In this document: positions 33,872 through 47,573 of the stretch, piece by piece
Layout of the letters: the number at the start of each line of letters is the position of its first letter
Position numbering within the stretch: the stretch's first letter is position 1
Assembly (NCBI GenBank): GCA_951406725.2
Contig: OX597821.1
Coordinates: forward strand, 73,904,001-73,968,000
Length of the DNA stretch: 64,000 nucleotides
Source: Octopus vulgaris
Lineage: Eukaryota
Reading direction: 5' to 3'
Notes under the pieces: model-generated
Seen by the model: the letters and a program-made list of their open reading frames with translations, nothing else
Told to the model about the DNA's origin: nothing
The model's database searches: none
Position numbers and translations under genes: made by a program

Positions 33872-34430
33872 TGAGTGAGAGAGCAGTGCATGCCATCAAA
33901 GTGATACTAGGGTAAAATATAGGAAGCCCAGTATACCCATCATGACTACCCGTCTGATAAGGGTACACCAGGCACATTGCATCACAACCATATGTGTGCG
34001 ACATGGTGATCTCATATCAAGATTAACAGCACATGAACTTGCAGGTGGAAACCAGTTAGAATTTTCTTCCGGTCGAGTAACCCATCCCGCTCAAATGGTC
34101 TTTGAATAAGGGTTAAAGATGATGAATGAAGGACCTATGTTTCCAGAGGTGAATTATCCAAACCCTCCAAAATTCCTCTCAACACATGGCTATGATGTTC
34201 CCCCACTACTTCTGCTCGTGATCAGAGATGCATATATCATCAGCCAACAAGAGACATGCGCAACAGGTTAAGGTCAACCAACTGACAAGCAAATCTGTTA
34301 TGTTGAGCAGAATATTTGCTGCAGCCCATCTTTTTGTACCAAGACAAAACAATGTACATGATAAAACTTCCAATCAGTTAAGATCAGAAACCACGAAAGC
34401 CACAGCCTGGTACAGCATCAGGGCATTTAT
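33872..34430. repeat. Unclassified interspersed element bounded by (TTA)n
   Basis: Higher-GC block with short TTA repeats on both sides. Family not identified. Confidence 0.35.
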
Positions 34431-34453
34431 TATTATCATCATTATTATTATTA

Positions 34454-34670
34454 AGGCGGCGTGCTGGAAGAATCGTTAGCACAGTGGAGGAAATGTTTAG
34501 CGGTATTTCGCTTGTCGCTAAGTTCTGAGTTCAAATTCCGCCGAGGTCGACTTTACCTTACATATTTACGGGGTCGATAAAATAAGAACCATTTGAACAG
34601 GGTGATCATGAGGGTTGATATAATCGACTTATCCCATTCTTCGAAATTGCTGACCTTGAGCCATCATTTA
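34454..34670 (+). mobile_element. SINE family B
   Basis: gttctgagttcaaattccgccgaggtcgac...ggggtcgataaa core. Confidence 0.8.
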
Positions 34671-34692
34671 GAGTCATCATCATTCCCCGCAC

Positions 34693-34744
<52 letters not shown>

Positions 34745-34847
34745 CGCAGGCTGTGTGGTACCTTGGGCAAATGTCTTCTACTATAGCCTCGGGTCGACCA
34801 AAGGCTTGTGAGTGGATTTGGTAGACGGAAACTGAAAGAAGCCTGTA

Positions 34848-34878
<31 letters not shown>

Positions 34879-35086
34879 TTTTGAGTAGTTGAATGAATTA
34901 TCTTATTAAGGATAATTCGAAAGGTAACCGATACCTGGGTAGCAAATTCACATCAGAAAGAACACGGTTGAAGCTACGTCCCTAGGGCATAGACTACGTG
35001 TCTTCGTGCGGAAATTTGTATGTTTATTTTAAAATTATAAGTATATGAAAGAATGGAGTTGAACGACTAGTTAACAAATATCCTTA

Positions 35087-35171
35087 ATTCTCGACATATG
35101 TTTCGAAGGCTGCATATTCCTAATTCCGAAGGAATAAGGAGTACATTATGCAGATTTCTCATCAGGAAAAT
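35087..35171 (-). ncRNA. Type I hammerhead ribozyme, canonical core (minus copy)
   Basis: Reverse complement of 35278-35362. Confidence 0.85.
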
Positions 35172-35277
35172 CAAGGAACTTATGTCGACATCAAAATGCA
35201 CAAAAAACTTTTAGCTGACCGCTCTCAAGGAGCCCATGGCGTTTTTTGTGCATTTTGATGTCGACATAAGTTCCTTG

Positions 35278-35362
35278 ATTTTCCTGATGAGAAATCTGCA
35301 TAATGTACTCCTTATTCCTTCGGAATTAGGAATATGCAGCCTTCGAAACATATGTCGAGAAT
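35278..35362 (+). ncRNA. Type I hammerhead ribozyme, canonical core
   Basis: attttc-CTGATGA-gaaatctgcata...tatgcagccttc-GAAA-catatg-TC-gagaat. Stem I is 6 bp, stem II is gaa/ttc plus ctgcata/tatgcag, stem III is palindromic acatatgt, and the predicted GUC cleavage is after 35356. Confidence 0.87.
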
Positions 35363-35407
35363 AAAGGATATTTGTTAACTAGTCATTCAACTCCATTCTT
35401 TCATATA

Positions 35408-35474
<67 letters not shown>

Positions 35475-35743
35475 TTGTGTGTCTGTACTTGTCCACCCAC
35501 CATCGCTTGACAACCGATGCTGGTGTGTTTACGTTCCCCTAACTTAGCGGTTCGGCAAAAAGAGACCGACAGAATAAGTACTAGGTTTACAGAGAATAAG
35601 TTATGGGGCCAATTTGTTACCGAAGAAAGTAAAAGAGTAATAGTCATCATAAAAAACAGCTTACATACAAACAAATATATGCACGAACAAGAAGCAAACG
35701 CTGCACCACATGTAGGCATATATATATACTACACCACAAAGTT

Positions 35744-35803
<60 letters not shown>

Positions 35804-35888
35804 ATCCAAACAAGAAAACACAAAAAAACACAACAACGCGAGGACGTGGAACAAATATAGTATTATTGGACGCTCAGGAAAGAAGGAG

Positions 35889-35925
35889 TGTTTAACGTTT
35901 CGAGCGGAGCTCTTCGTCGGAAACA
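35889..35925 (-). ncRNA. Minimal hammerhead motif (CCGACGA core) in a ~200 bp repeated module (35800-35997)
   Basis: tgttt-CCGACGA-a-gagc-tcc-gctc-GAAA-cg-TT-aaaca. The same module recurs at 56150-56345 and 61836-62040. Confidence 0.7.
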
Positions 35926-36734
35926 TAGGAGAAGGAAAGATCCAGAGAAGGGAAGACAGAGGAATAAAATCGCCAACGGTACACACGAGGTCACATTTTG
36001 AAAGACCGGAAGAACCGTATATATATATACGGTTCAGAATTCGAACTCCGAATCCTGGTTTTTGGTTTCACCAAAATTGGCCACACACAAAACATGGCCT
36101 CACAAATTTGGTTTTTCAAAAATATGCCTTCCAAAATTTGGATTTCCATTTTAGTAGAAATTCGGTTTTCGAAACCTTGGACCTAAACATAATTAAATCT
36201 AATGTCAAAGCAACCATTTAAACTAAAAATTCATGACACAAAACGGCTGCCAGACTACATCAATAATTATTGTTAAAATTAAATAGTCAAACAAAAAGCT
36301 AGTTTGCTTTAAATCACACAAGGCTGCTTCATACAAGCATGCTGAGTAATCATTAGACAAAATTTACAGTTAGATGTCTAATACAAAAAAATTGGTCACG
36401 TGAAAAGTTAATTCATACACTCTAGTTATTTATACAAATTTTAACATTTATCTTAACAGAAAATAGCTAGCAAAATTACTACACAACCTGCCACACATGC
36501 AGGATTCAAAATTCACATAAATATTATAACATAACTTTTTCTATACTCACCCAGATGTGACTCAGAAATTATTTCCAATGTCACAAAAGTTCTGGCGAAT
36601 TCCTGGAGCATAAAATAAATCCATAAATGCCTCACACAAAGCACAATGTCCATAAACTAAACAGGAAGTCATAGCTTCCAGAATCCAATTTTGTCTCACA
36701 GAAAAAAAACTGTCAAAAAAAGACAAAAACTGCG

Positions 36735-36817
36735 TTTTATGTATTGTCCCCTATGTGATGTCCTGTCTGTCCTTGTTTGTCCCCCTCTATTTTGGGCCCT
36801 TGTGGCTAATAAAAAAA
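36735..36817 (+). mobile_element. Tx1/SINE-B-type 3' tail (a second copy lies at ~37140-37215)
   Basis: tgtcctgtctgtccttgtttgtccccct...cccttgtggctaataaaaaaa. Confidence 0.55.
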
Positions 36818-37271
36818 CAGAGACTGTGAAAGCGATTCTGGTTGTCAAGGTAAGGTACAGCGCAGGTAGAAGGAAAAATGCAGATTCGAACCACCAACTA
36901 CCATCAGTGGTCGAACTAAATGAATTAAGGTTGTATGTAAAAAGGATTTTTAAAAAAAGAGAGAGTAACTTGTGTTTATAAAAAAAGAGTAAAACAAAAG
37001 AAGTAAAGAGACTAAAAACACTAATTATAAACGGACAGTAAGAACGTTCAAATGGTACGGCATGTGAGTGGGGCGCATGCAGCCATTTCATCTTCAACGA
37101 TTTCATTGTGCATTTTACCATTTTTCATTCGTTTTATGTTTTTGTCCCCACTTTGTCCTGTCCTGTCTGCCTTTGTATTGTCTCCTCTGTGTTAGGCCCT
37201 TGTCTGAAATAAAAATCATTATAATTTATAATTTCCTAACAATATCATACATACATACATACATACATACA

Positions 37272-37304
<33 letters not shown>

Positions 37305-37334
37305 TATATATATATATATATATATGTTTGTGTG

Positions 37335-37525
37335 CTTGTGTTTGTCCTCCCACCATCGCTTGACAACAGATGGTGTGTTTACGTCCATGTAACCTAGCTG
37401 TTCGGCGAAACAGACCGATAGAATAAGTACTAGGCTTACAAAGAATAAATACTGGGGTTGATTTGTTCGACTAAAGGCGGTGGTCCAGCATGACCACAGT
37501 CAAATGACTGAAACAAGTAAAAGAG
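37335..37525 (+). mobile_element. SINE family A 3' half
   Basis: Tail match. Confidence 0.8.
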
Positions 37526-37556
37526 TATATGTATATATTCTGCGTATATTTGAATG

Positions 37557-37626
<70 letters not shown>

Positions 37627-38205
37627 TGTGGTTGTGTGCGTGTGTATTTCGCATAAATTATGATATTAGGAGAGAGAGAGGACGAAGGGAAATGATCTGG
37701 CGTATGTTTTAGAGAAGCGGTTGAGCGCTCTGTCCGGATGTGCAGCGTTTTGTGCTTGCCAAAAGAATGCCTGGGATGAGAAATTAAATAAGTGACAGAA
37801 GTATGCTTGCAATCAGATTCCACCAGATAAGGCCAAACTGCTGTAGTTTTACAGTGTGTCGATTTAAGCTGTGTGTAGAATTGTTAATGCAAACCGTACC
37901 GAGAAAATAGCTGTGTTGACTCGCTAAATATATGTAATGTCACATGCTGTTATTTTCTGACACTAACTTAACAGATCTGTCTCGATGTCAGACTTGTTAA
38001 AACAGCAATTTTGCAGTTTAACTACAATGTGAAAACCACTTTCACTAATGCGATTTATACCTGCGCATATTCTATGCACATATTTTACAGTTTATCATAT
38101 ATACACGCGTGTGTGTAAGTATTGTGGTGTCGACATTCCATTTTGTTACGATACATTTCCCATATTGAATGGAAACATTTACATATGAAACTTGGCATTT
38201 ACATC

Positions 38206-38266
<61 letters not shown>

Positions 38267-38458
38267 TGGCCTGCTCGCTTAGCCAGCGTGATGTCGTCAT
38301 TTGAAGGCTAAAACAATGCGAAGTGCATTGCGACCAGCGATGTGTAGCAACATAGTCTGGTCGGTCACGGGGATCACGGTGATATATATATATATATATA
38401 TATGCATGTATATATATATGTATATGCATGTATATATGTGTGTGTGTGTGTGTGTGTA

Positions 38459-38489
<31 letters not shown>

Positions 38490-38549
38490 ATGTGGTGTCT
38501 GATCAGTTATTAGGGGAAAACGAGTCAAATGAAAATTAATGGAAGATCT

Positions 38550-38768
38550 ACTTTTCTACTCTAGGCACAAGGCCCGAAAAAGTTTTGGAGGAGGGGGCCA
38601 GTCAATTAGAACGATCTCAGTACGCAACTGGCACTAAATTTATCGACCCCGAAAGGATGAACGGCAAAGTCGACCTCGGCGGAATTTGAACTCAGAACGT
38701 AAAACCAGACGAAATATCGCTAAGCATTTCGCCCGGCGTGCTAACGGTTCTATCAGCTTGTCGCCTTA
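38550..38768 (-). mobile_element. SINE family B
   Basis: Reverse-complement core and head. Confidence 0.85.
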
Positions 38769-39951
38769 TTAACGGAAAATACTGCGAAACGATCTAACCA
38801 TGCATACATACGTGCATACATCAATCCATACATTACATGAGTATAGAACAATGACAGGGAACGCTTACACAGACGTTTTTAAACGCAACAAAATACGTCA
38901 CAACAGTCATACATTGAAATGGGTGCTACAAGGAATTTTCTCAAATCACTCACTATCTCACTATATATATATATGTGTACACACACACGCACGTACACAC
39001 ACACATATATGTGTGTGTGTGTGAGTGTACATGAATATATGTTATGTAATATATATGTATATATATGTACATATATCTATATCTATATATATCTCTCTCT
39101 CTCTATATATATATGCATGTATAAAATATATATATATACTATCAGCCACATAGTTAACTTACAATCCTAAAGTATTTGCCGGTAGGCTGCGATTTGGCAT
39201 GGTGGAGATGACTCTCACTCAAAGCGCCGTGTGTTAGAACACCTGAAAGTTATGGACGGGCGAGACAATGCACCTCGAATCCCATTCAGGAGTCATGGAC
39301 ATCGATGTTTCGCCATTTTGTGGCTTATCTACATCACGTACCCGACCCGGATCGGAGATGGATTATTTCGTCAGTCCAACACTTGTATGCATATAGCGTG
39401 CAATCTATGTGCAGGTATGCATATTGTTTGCCCGTCAATGCGTTATTTGACAGATTAGATTACTGATGCATTTGATATCTACGTATTGGATCACGGGACA
39501 TTATGCAAAATAATCGTAGTAAAAGTCAAAACCGTGTTAATCCAGTGAATTTATTATGTGATCTTATGAATAACAGTTCGTCAGATTAGCTAGAAATAGG
39601 AAAAAGAAAACCGTTTTTGTCTTACCATATAGCTGTAGTTAGTTTTATGTTGAGTTGCTTATATTTTTTATGTGAGAAAGTGAAGCATAATTATGTTTTA
39701 TAGCTTATTAAGTTGTAGTTTATAATTTTTAATAAACATATTTTCTTTATTTTCCGTGTCTGACCTGTGTTTTTTTTTTATGAAACAAAGGTAAAATGGG
39801 AATATAGCAATTGGATGCATAACCGCCTCATTTATGAAGGACATTTTCATAGTCTAGTTACAATCGAGACATATACGCCACAACTTGAAATTCGTACACC
39901 GCACTACATTTGCAAATCACTTGTTTTCTTAAAATTTTCACTCTTGTGAGT

Positions 39952-39982
<31 letters not shown>

Positions 39983-40277
39983 TACATACATACATACATA
40001 CATACATACATACATACATACATACATACATACATACATAACATACATAACATACATACATACACTCATACACGCACGCACATACACACACACACATATC
40101 ATATGTCTTAACTTGGTGTGATGAATAGAGTCAATAGAATACATTATGAAATAATTAGTGGAAGTGATCTGCTAAAACTATTGAAATTTATGAAAGCAGT
40201 GTGATAATAATATAAAGCCATCTGATTTACTCTACTTGGTATAATATGCTCGTAAACGTAGTACGAATTATTAAATA

Positions 40278-40646
40278 TTCTTTTCTACTCTAGGTACAAG
40301 GACCGAAATTTTGGGGGAGGGGACCAATCGATTAGATCGACCCCAGTATGCAACTGGTACTTAATTTATCGACCGTGAAAAGATGAAAGGCAAAGTCGAT
40401 CTCGGCGGAATATGAACTCAGAACGTAAAGACATACGAAATACCTATTTCTTTACTACCCACAAGGGGCTAAACACAGAGAGGACAGACAAGGACAAACA
40501 AACGGATTAAGTCGATTATATCGACCCCGAAAGGATGAAAGGCAAAATCAACCTCGGCGGAATTTGAACTCAGAACGTAAAGACATACGAAATACCACAA
40601 AGCATTTCGCCCGGGAGTGCTAACGTTTCTGCCAGCTCGCCGCCTT
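40278..40646 (-). mobile_element. SINE family B, tandem dimer
   Basis: Two cores joined at atacctatttcttta. Confidence 0.85.
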
Positions 40647-41994
40647 GTGGTTCTACATTCTGAGCTCAACTTTGCTTTTCATCCTTTTGTTGCTCCTATT
40701 AAATATTAAATACTTTATCAATTGATCTCAGGCACATCCGTGTGTCTTATATAACTGATCCTCATCAGTGAGATGCACAACACTCATTGTGTACCCTTAG
40801 TTTAATTCTCATTTAGAATCAACATGTTAACGTCAGGAAGCTTTGATTTCGGGTACAACCCGTCCGATGGGTCCTTATATAGTTTCCGTCTGCTCAATTT
40901 CACTCATAAAGCTTAGGTCTTGCGAACATTTGCGTGTGTGTGCATGACATCCTAGCTTATAGATGAGGGAGATAACTCGCAACGAAACGAGTGCATTGCT
41001 CCTTAAAAAAAGACAATCAAAAACAAAGCAAAAGCGCAATGTAAACATATATTTATATTGATAAATACGAATGTCTGCGCGCGTTACTCTGTGGCTTTCA
41101 GGCTTATAAATTCCGCTCTTCGACATAAAATCCTACATATTCAGAATCAGGGTAACACCAGAAGGATTTCTATACTGCTTTAGTTCTCCAGTCTGCACGT
41201 AAATCCAATCCACCCTGTAACGCCTTTAGTTCCTACAACAACCAAGAAGTGTAACAAGAAGTGTAACAATGGAAGAAAACAAAATAAACAATTTGGATAT
41301 TAATTGGCGAATTATATTGAGTTTGTTTATAAATTGGATGAGAAGCAGTGAGAATATCACATGTAGATATGCTTCATCGCTGAAGAAATCTTTATGTTCG
41401 TTTGGAATAAGATTCCCTTGAGTAGCAATTTTTTTGTTGATCAAATTCTTTTCCTCCAGGGACCATGAAGTGATCTTCAGTTTCCTTATATTGAGTCTAT
41501 TCTTCCAGAAGGAAAAATTCTTCCCTTGTACCATGAGCCAACTTAATATTTCTTTCAAGCGAACATAGGATTTATATAAATTTTGTTCATCGAAATGTCA
41601 TGAAGACTGCTATACGTATCGAAATCAAGACAAGATTGTTTTGTTATGACAAAACAAAATTGAAAGCTAGGAGAAACAATATATGTTAAGGGAAAAGCAT
41701 CAAAATCCAGAACTGCAACAAACAGTGAATTTCAGTCAAAATAAATTAACAAACAATAAGGTAGTCAAAAATCGAATGAAGTTTGGATTCGCAATGATCA
41801 TGTGGAATATTACAAATCGTTAAAACACAAAACTCCAGAAGATCGGGTGAAGTTTTCTTACGACAAAGTTTTGCGTGATAAATTATATTTAGGCAAATAA
41901 GGTGTTGTTTGATGTTATTACATGTCTTATTAAACCTCTTTCCAGTTTTACGATCTTAGGCCAAACGTCTAACAACCATTCACAGAATAATAAT

Positions 41995-42384
<390 letters not shown>

Positions 42385-42624
42385 TGCTTAAATTAACATG
42401 TATATATTTTAAACCAAGGAGCTACCTGCTTCGCTCGTTTATGACTACTCCTTTATACTGGAGTAAAATAGAAAAAAATGAAACAAATTAATATCACTTC
42501 TGAAAGTTAATACAGACGCATGTGCTGGTAGCAAAACAAGCAGACAACAATTTTTCCTGTATAAATTTGGTGATAATACAACTCAACGCCAACACCATTA
42601 ACAAAGAATTGTTCTTCCTTATCA

Positions 42625-42862
42625 AATACCTATTTCTTTATTACCCACAAGGGGCTAAACACAGAGGGGACAAACAAGGACAGACATAGGTATTAAGTCA
42701 ATTACATCGACCCCAGTGCGTAACTAGTACTTAATTTATCGACCCCGAAAGGATGAAAGGCAAAGTCGACCTCGGCGGAATTTGAACTCACAACGTAACG
42801 GCAGACGAAATACCGCTAGGCATTTCGCCCGGCGTGCTAACGTTTCTGCCAGCTCGCCGCCT
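42625..42862 (-). mobile_element. SINE family B, full length
   Basis: Near-consensus. Forms an inverted pair with 43278-43508. Confidence 0.9.
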
Positions 42863-43277
42863 TTTCAATTCCTTATCAAATACCAACCATGCCTAAATTC
42901 TGTGGCGGAGAAAGGGAAACAATATCAACAGCAACAACACAGCAACCCTAACTGGGGAAGCCAATACAACTACTGCTAGCTAGATTAAAGACAGCTGCTA
43001 GGGTACCACAGGGTACCCTAACTCTTACTGTTGCTCCTACTGTCATTCCTTCCACCACCAACAAACTCACCTACTACTACTCATTAACCGAGGGTTTCAA
43101 CAACCACCACCAACAATACTATGGCTATTACTACTGTCCCTCTTGTCACCACCCGTAGACTTACTTGCTGCCGCTTTTATTAACCAGCCGTCACTGCCGA
43201 AAAGCCAAAAAAAAAAAAAACAGAAAGATACGAAACACAGCACCACGTGATCGTTATAAGAAAAATACTTGAACTTT

Positions 43278-43508
43278 GGCGGCGAGCTGGCAGAAACGTT
43301 AGCGCGCCGGGCGAAATGCGTAGCCGTATTTCGTCTGCCGTTACGTTCCGAGTTCAAATTCTGCCGAGGTCTACTTTGCCTTTCATCCTTTCGGGTTCGA
43401 TAAATTAAGTACCAGTTACGCACTGGGGTCGATATAATCGACTTAATCCGTTTGTCTGTCCTTGTTTGTTCCCTCTATGTTTAGCCCCTTGTGGGCAGTA
43501 AAGAAATA
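43278..43508 (+). mobile_element. SINE family B, full length
   Basis: ggcggcgagctggcagaaacgttagc...agccccttgtgggcagtaaagaaat. Confidence 0.9.
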
Positions 43509-43773
43509 TATAAGAAATATATGCGAACTTCTGGAACTGATATTATAAAAGTTGAATTTAATTTATTTCAATTTTTCTTTCCATTTTATTCCAGCATGAA
43601 AAGGTTGCCTTAAACGACAGAAACCGGTAGCTACTTTATTAAAAATATGCATATTGTCTTTATGTGTTCAACGATAAAGTTCTTTCCGTGTTTTCTTCTT
43701 ATTTTTACACTGCATATTTATCCGTGTGTAACCTCTTAACCATATAAATATGCATATATGGACACATATCTAT

Positions 43774-43844
<71 letters not shown>

Positions 43845-44422
43845 TACAGACACATAAATATGCGTGTATTTCTCGGACTTGTTTTGTTTAGTAAGTTACA
43901 TGATCTGAAGCATGCGTTGAAAGTGAAGCAATCCCATTACGGTAAGAATCGTGATAGCCATTTCAAACTCCCAAATACATAGAAATTATTGCGTTTTATC
44001 TCCTCATAGTATTGTATATCATCAATCATTATCTTTGAGATGCAGGCTAATTGTGGCAGTGTCCACACTGTCCACAATGTGCGACGATATCGAGAGACAC
44101 TTTATTGAATAAAATTCTAACAGGGAAGAGAAAAAGAGATAATAGATATTATAAGCAATAGTCTAAAATTGGAAAGAATAAAAAAAAAACAAAAAACAAA
44201 AAAAAAAAACAAAACAAAACAAAAGACAGTGACACTGAGGAGATCCGAACCTTAGATCCATCACTTGCCGAGCGACAGTTTTACCGATGACACATAAGAA
44301 CGCACCTGCCAATCTCGATAAAACGCAAATTAAGCGCCTCAAACTATTTTCGCTGCTGCTACGAATTTTTATTTAATAACAAAATAGACACGAAGAGGCA
44401 CTTTATACACACACACACACGC

Positions 44423-44460
<38 letters not shown>

Positions 44461-44550
44461 ACACACATATATATTTATGTATATATATATATATATACAC
44501 ACATACACACATATATATATATTTATGTATATATATATATATGTATACAT

Positions 44551-44585
<35 letters not shown>

Positions 44586-44613
44586 AATATATATAAATAT
44601 ATATATATTTATG

Positions 44614-44645
<32 letters not shown>

Positions 44646-44667
44646 AATATATATATTTATGTATATG

Positions 44668-44699
<32 letters not shown>

Positions 44700-44729
44700 A
44701 ATATATATATATATTTATGTATATATATG

Positions 44730-44779
<50 letters not shown>

Positions 44780-45399
44780 CACACACACTCTCTCTCTCAC
44801 TCACACACACATCTCATATTATATGTATGTGTGGCGTGTGTGTGTGTGCGAGTTTATGTGTTTCCTATTTACCGCCATAACTACGTTAAAATCAATTGTA
44901 TTGTTGAAAAATTCAACGAAACAGCTGCAGTGTATTTAAATTAAAGAGTAATAAGGCTGTAGTTTAGTAGAATATATGTCACCATGTAATAATGGTTTAT
45001 TTTTAGGAAGACCATTACGTTAAACTATTTTACAATATTACCCAGAGCTTATTTGAATTTAGATTTACTGCTGTTGTAGAGGATTTATGTGTAATACTTA
45101 GGACGTAGAACGACTGAGAAAAGGTCAAATATACAGGGAGAGCAGAAAAAAATTTTAGCCGCTAAGTAATACTGCTGTTTCACTGGATTGGTGTAAACGG
45201 TAGCGTAGCAGACGAAATGCATTGAAGGTTTTTGTTTCAATTCTTTTTACGTCCTGAGTTCAAATCTCGATGAGGTCAACATTGGTATTATCTTTCACTG
45301 GTCGATATTTTAAAGTACCACTAAAATATTGGCGCTCATATAAACGACTCGAATTATACGCTCTTTTCTTTCGTCTACGAGATTTTCTTCCTTTTTTTT

Positions 45400-45621
45400 T
45401 TACTTTTGTTTCAGTCATTTGACTGCAGCCATGCTGGAATATCGCCTTTCATCGAGCAAATCGACCCCAGGAATTATTCTTTGTAAGCCTAGTACTTATT
45501 CTATCAGTCTCTCTTGCTGAACCGCTATGCGACGGGGACGTAAGTATACCAGCATCGGTTGTCAAGCGATGTTGAGGGTGGGGACAAACACAGACACACG
45601 AACATATACACACACATACAT

Positions 45622-45684
<63 letters not shown>

Positions 45685-45825
45685 CATATATACGATGGGC
45701 TTCTTTCAGTATCCGTCTACCAAATCCACTCACAAGGCTTTGGTCGGCCCGAGGCTATAGTAGAAAACACTTATTCCGGGACTGAACCCGGAACCATGTG
45801 GTTGAGAAGCAAGCTTCTTACCACA
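45400..45825 (-). mobile_element. SINE family A
   Basis: Reverse-complement match. Confidence 0.85.
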
Positions 45826-46107
45826 CACACACACACACACATATATACATATGCATATTTACATACATACATACATACATCGATGTATATATACTCTTCG
45901 ACAAAAAGGGTTGAGAGGCAAAAATAGAGAGAGAAAGAGTAAAAATGACAGAAAAAATATATAGGGATTAACGGTTCAACATAATGAAATGTTATATATA
46001 TATATATATAACGGGAAGCTTTATGAAAATAAACAAAAGACGAAAGCAGGTGGAGTACAAACAAACAATTGTATTAGTATGGCGCTCAGGAATATAAATA
46101 AAACAAG

Positions 46108-46145
46108 TCTTTTACGTTTCGAGCCTACGCTCTTCAACAGAAAGA
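46108..46145 (-). ncRNA. Minimal hammerhead motif (CUGUUGA core variant)
   Basis: tcttt-CTGTTGA-a-gagc-gtag-gctc-GAAA-cg-TA-aaaga, with perfect stems I and II. The module (46010-46200) abuts (TA)n. Confidence 0.68.
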
Positions 46146-46239
46146 TACACAGAAAAGAAACACGGAGAGAAACAAGGAGAGAAAAAAAGCGTGCAGAAAA
46201 ACAAAAGAGAGGGTGTAATTCAACGCAGGAAAAACATAG

Positions 46240-46493
46240 GCAAATATTAGGGATCGTGTGTGTTTATGAGCGAAACACCTAAGCTCCACGCGGCTCCGGC
46301 AGAAGGTAATGGCAAACTTCTGCTGACTCTTTCACCACAATTTTCTCTCACTCTTTCCTCCTGCATCTTGCAGCTCACCTGTGACGGAACGGCGTCCCGT
46401 CCAGGTGGGGAACCTATACGCCAATGAAACCGGGAAACCGGCCCTCATGAGCCAGACATGGCTCGAGAAGGAACAGACAACAAAAACAACAAC
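46240..46493 (+). mobile_element. Composite SINE 3' part (V-domain-like and RTE-like tail)
   Basis: gaaggtaatggcaaac, cctgtgacggaacggcgtcccgtccagg and a (CAA)n end. Domain names are from recalled consensus. Confidence 0.45.
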
Positions 46494-46661
46494 ACACACA
46501 CACATATATATGCTGATATATGACCTACGTTGGACTCATTCGCATAATCACCGAACCTGCAGCGTAACTATGGTCTGTCCATAACACTTAGCATTACCTG
46601 ACACCTTTGGGTTTTATTGACACCATTAGCTCTCATAACCTCTCACTCTCTTTCTCTCTTT

Positions 46662-46710
<49 letters not shown>

Positions 46711-47379
46711 CATACGCATACATACGTACATACATATATATCGTTTTTGGATTTGGTTTTACCGGTGAGTGAATTACATAATAAGGCACAAAAAGAAAAT
46801 TACTCACCCCGGACACATTCTCTTTTTTTTTATCATAAAATAATATAGAATTTATTTCATTCTACGAACATTCTGTATTTATCGATGCTGTCATTTGTTT
46901 TTTCGGAGTCCAATGTTTCCCTAATTGGTTATAGTTTGGCGCCAATACCACTGACGTATTGGACCTATTCATTGAAGACCTATTCTTGAAATATTGTTTC
47001 AAGAAGGCAAAAGACGAGTGGTTTGTGGTTACGTCCTCAACTGCGACAGGCTAGCTGCTGCTAAACAGCTTGCTAACGTTGCACAGAAGCCGACTGGACA
47101 AGTAGATCCTACAGTCCCAGTCTTTGTCAAATTGGATTGCTATTCTTATAGTTTTTCCTCGACTTGCACTCACGAATTCAATCGCAATATCACAACCATT
47201 TAAACGGTGATGTATTCGATTGTGAAGAATTGAGATACTTCGATATTGATTCGGTGTAAAGGCACTCACGGGGTACGAACCACTATCTTTTCGTTTGTTT
47301 GTAAATCTTAATACTTTCACCAATGTCGTTGTTGTTGTTGTTACTGAAGCTAATAAATACTGGTTTCAAACTTTTGCAT

Positions 47380-47573
47380 GAGGTCCGCAAGTTCGGAGGA
47401 GAGGGTCAGTCGATTACACTGATCCCAGTAAACAGCTGGTACTTATCTTATCGACCTCGAAAGGATGAAAGGCAATGTCGATCTCGGCGGAATTTGAACT
47501 CAGAACGTAAAGACGGTCGAAATGCTTCTAAGCACTTTGTCCAGCGTGCCAACGACTCTACCAGCTCACCGCC
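47380..47573 (-). mobile_element. SINE family B, diverged
   Basis: Core match. Confidence 0.75.

Larger units (their letters stand above)
35036..35413. repeat. Inverted repeat with 173 bp arms and 32 nt spacer
   Basis: 35036-35208 is the reverse complement of 35241-35413 with ~2 mismatches. Confidence 0.95.
34743..35640 (+). mobile_element. SINE family A split by an insertion in its internal microsatellite
   Basis: Head at 34743-34845 and tail at 35475-35640, with a ~540 bp insert between the (TA)n halves. Confidence 0.8.

Noticed and set aside
40725-40774. Hammerhead with stem I atctca/tgagat and CTGATGA
   Set aside because: The GAAA half is destroyed. Counted only as a relic.
43593-43632. 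agc-ATGAAAA...GAAAccggTA-gct
   Set aside because: Two core substitutions. Counted only as a relic.
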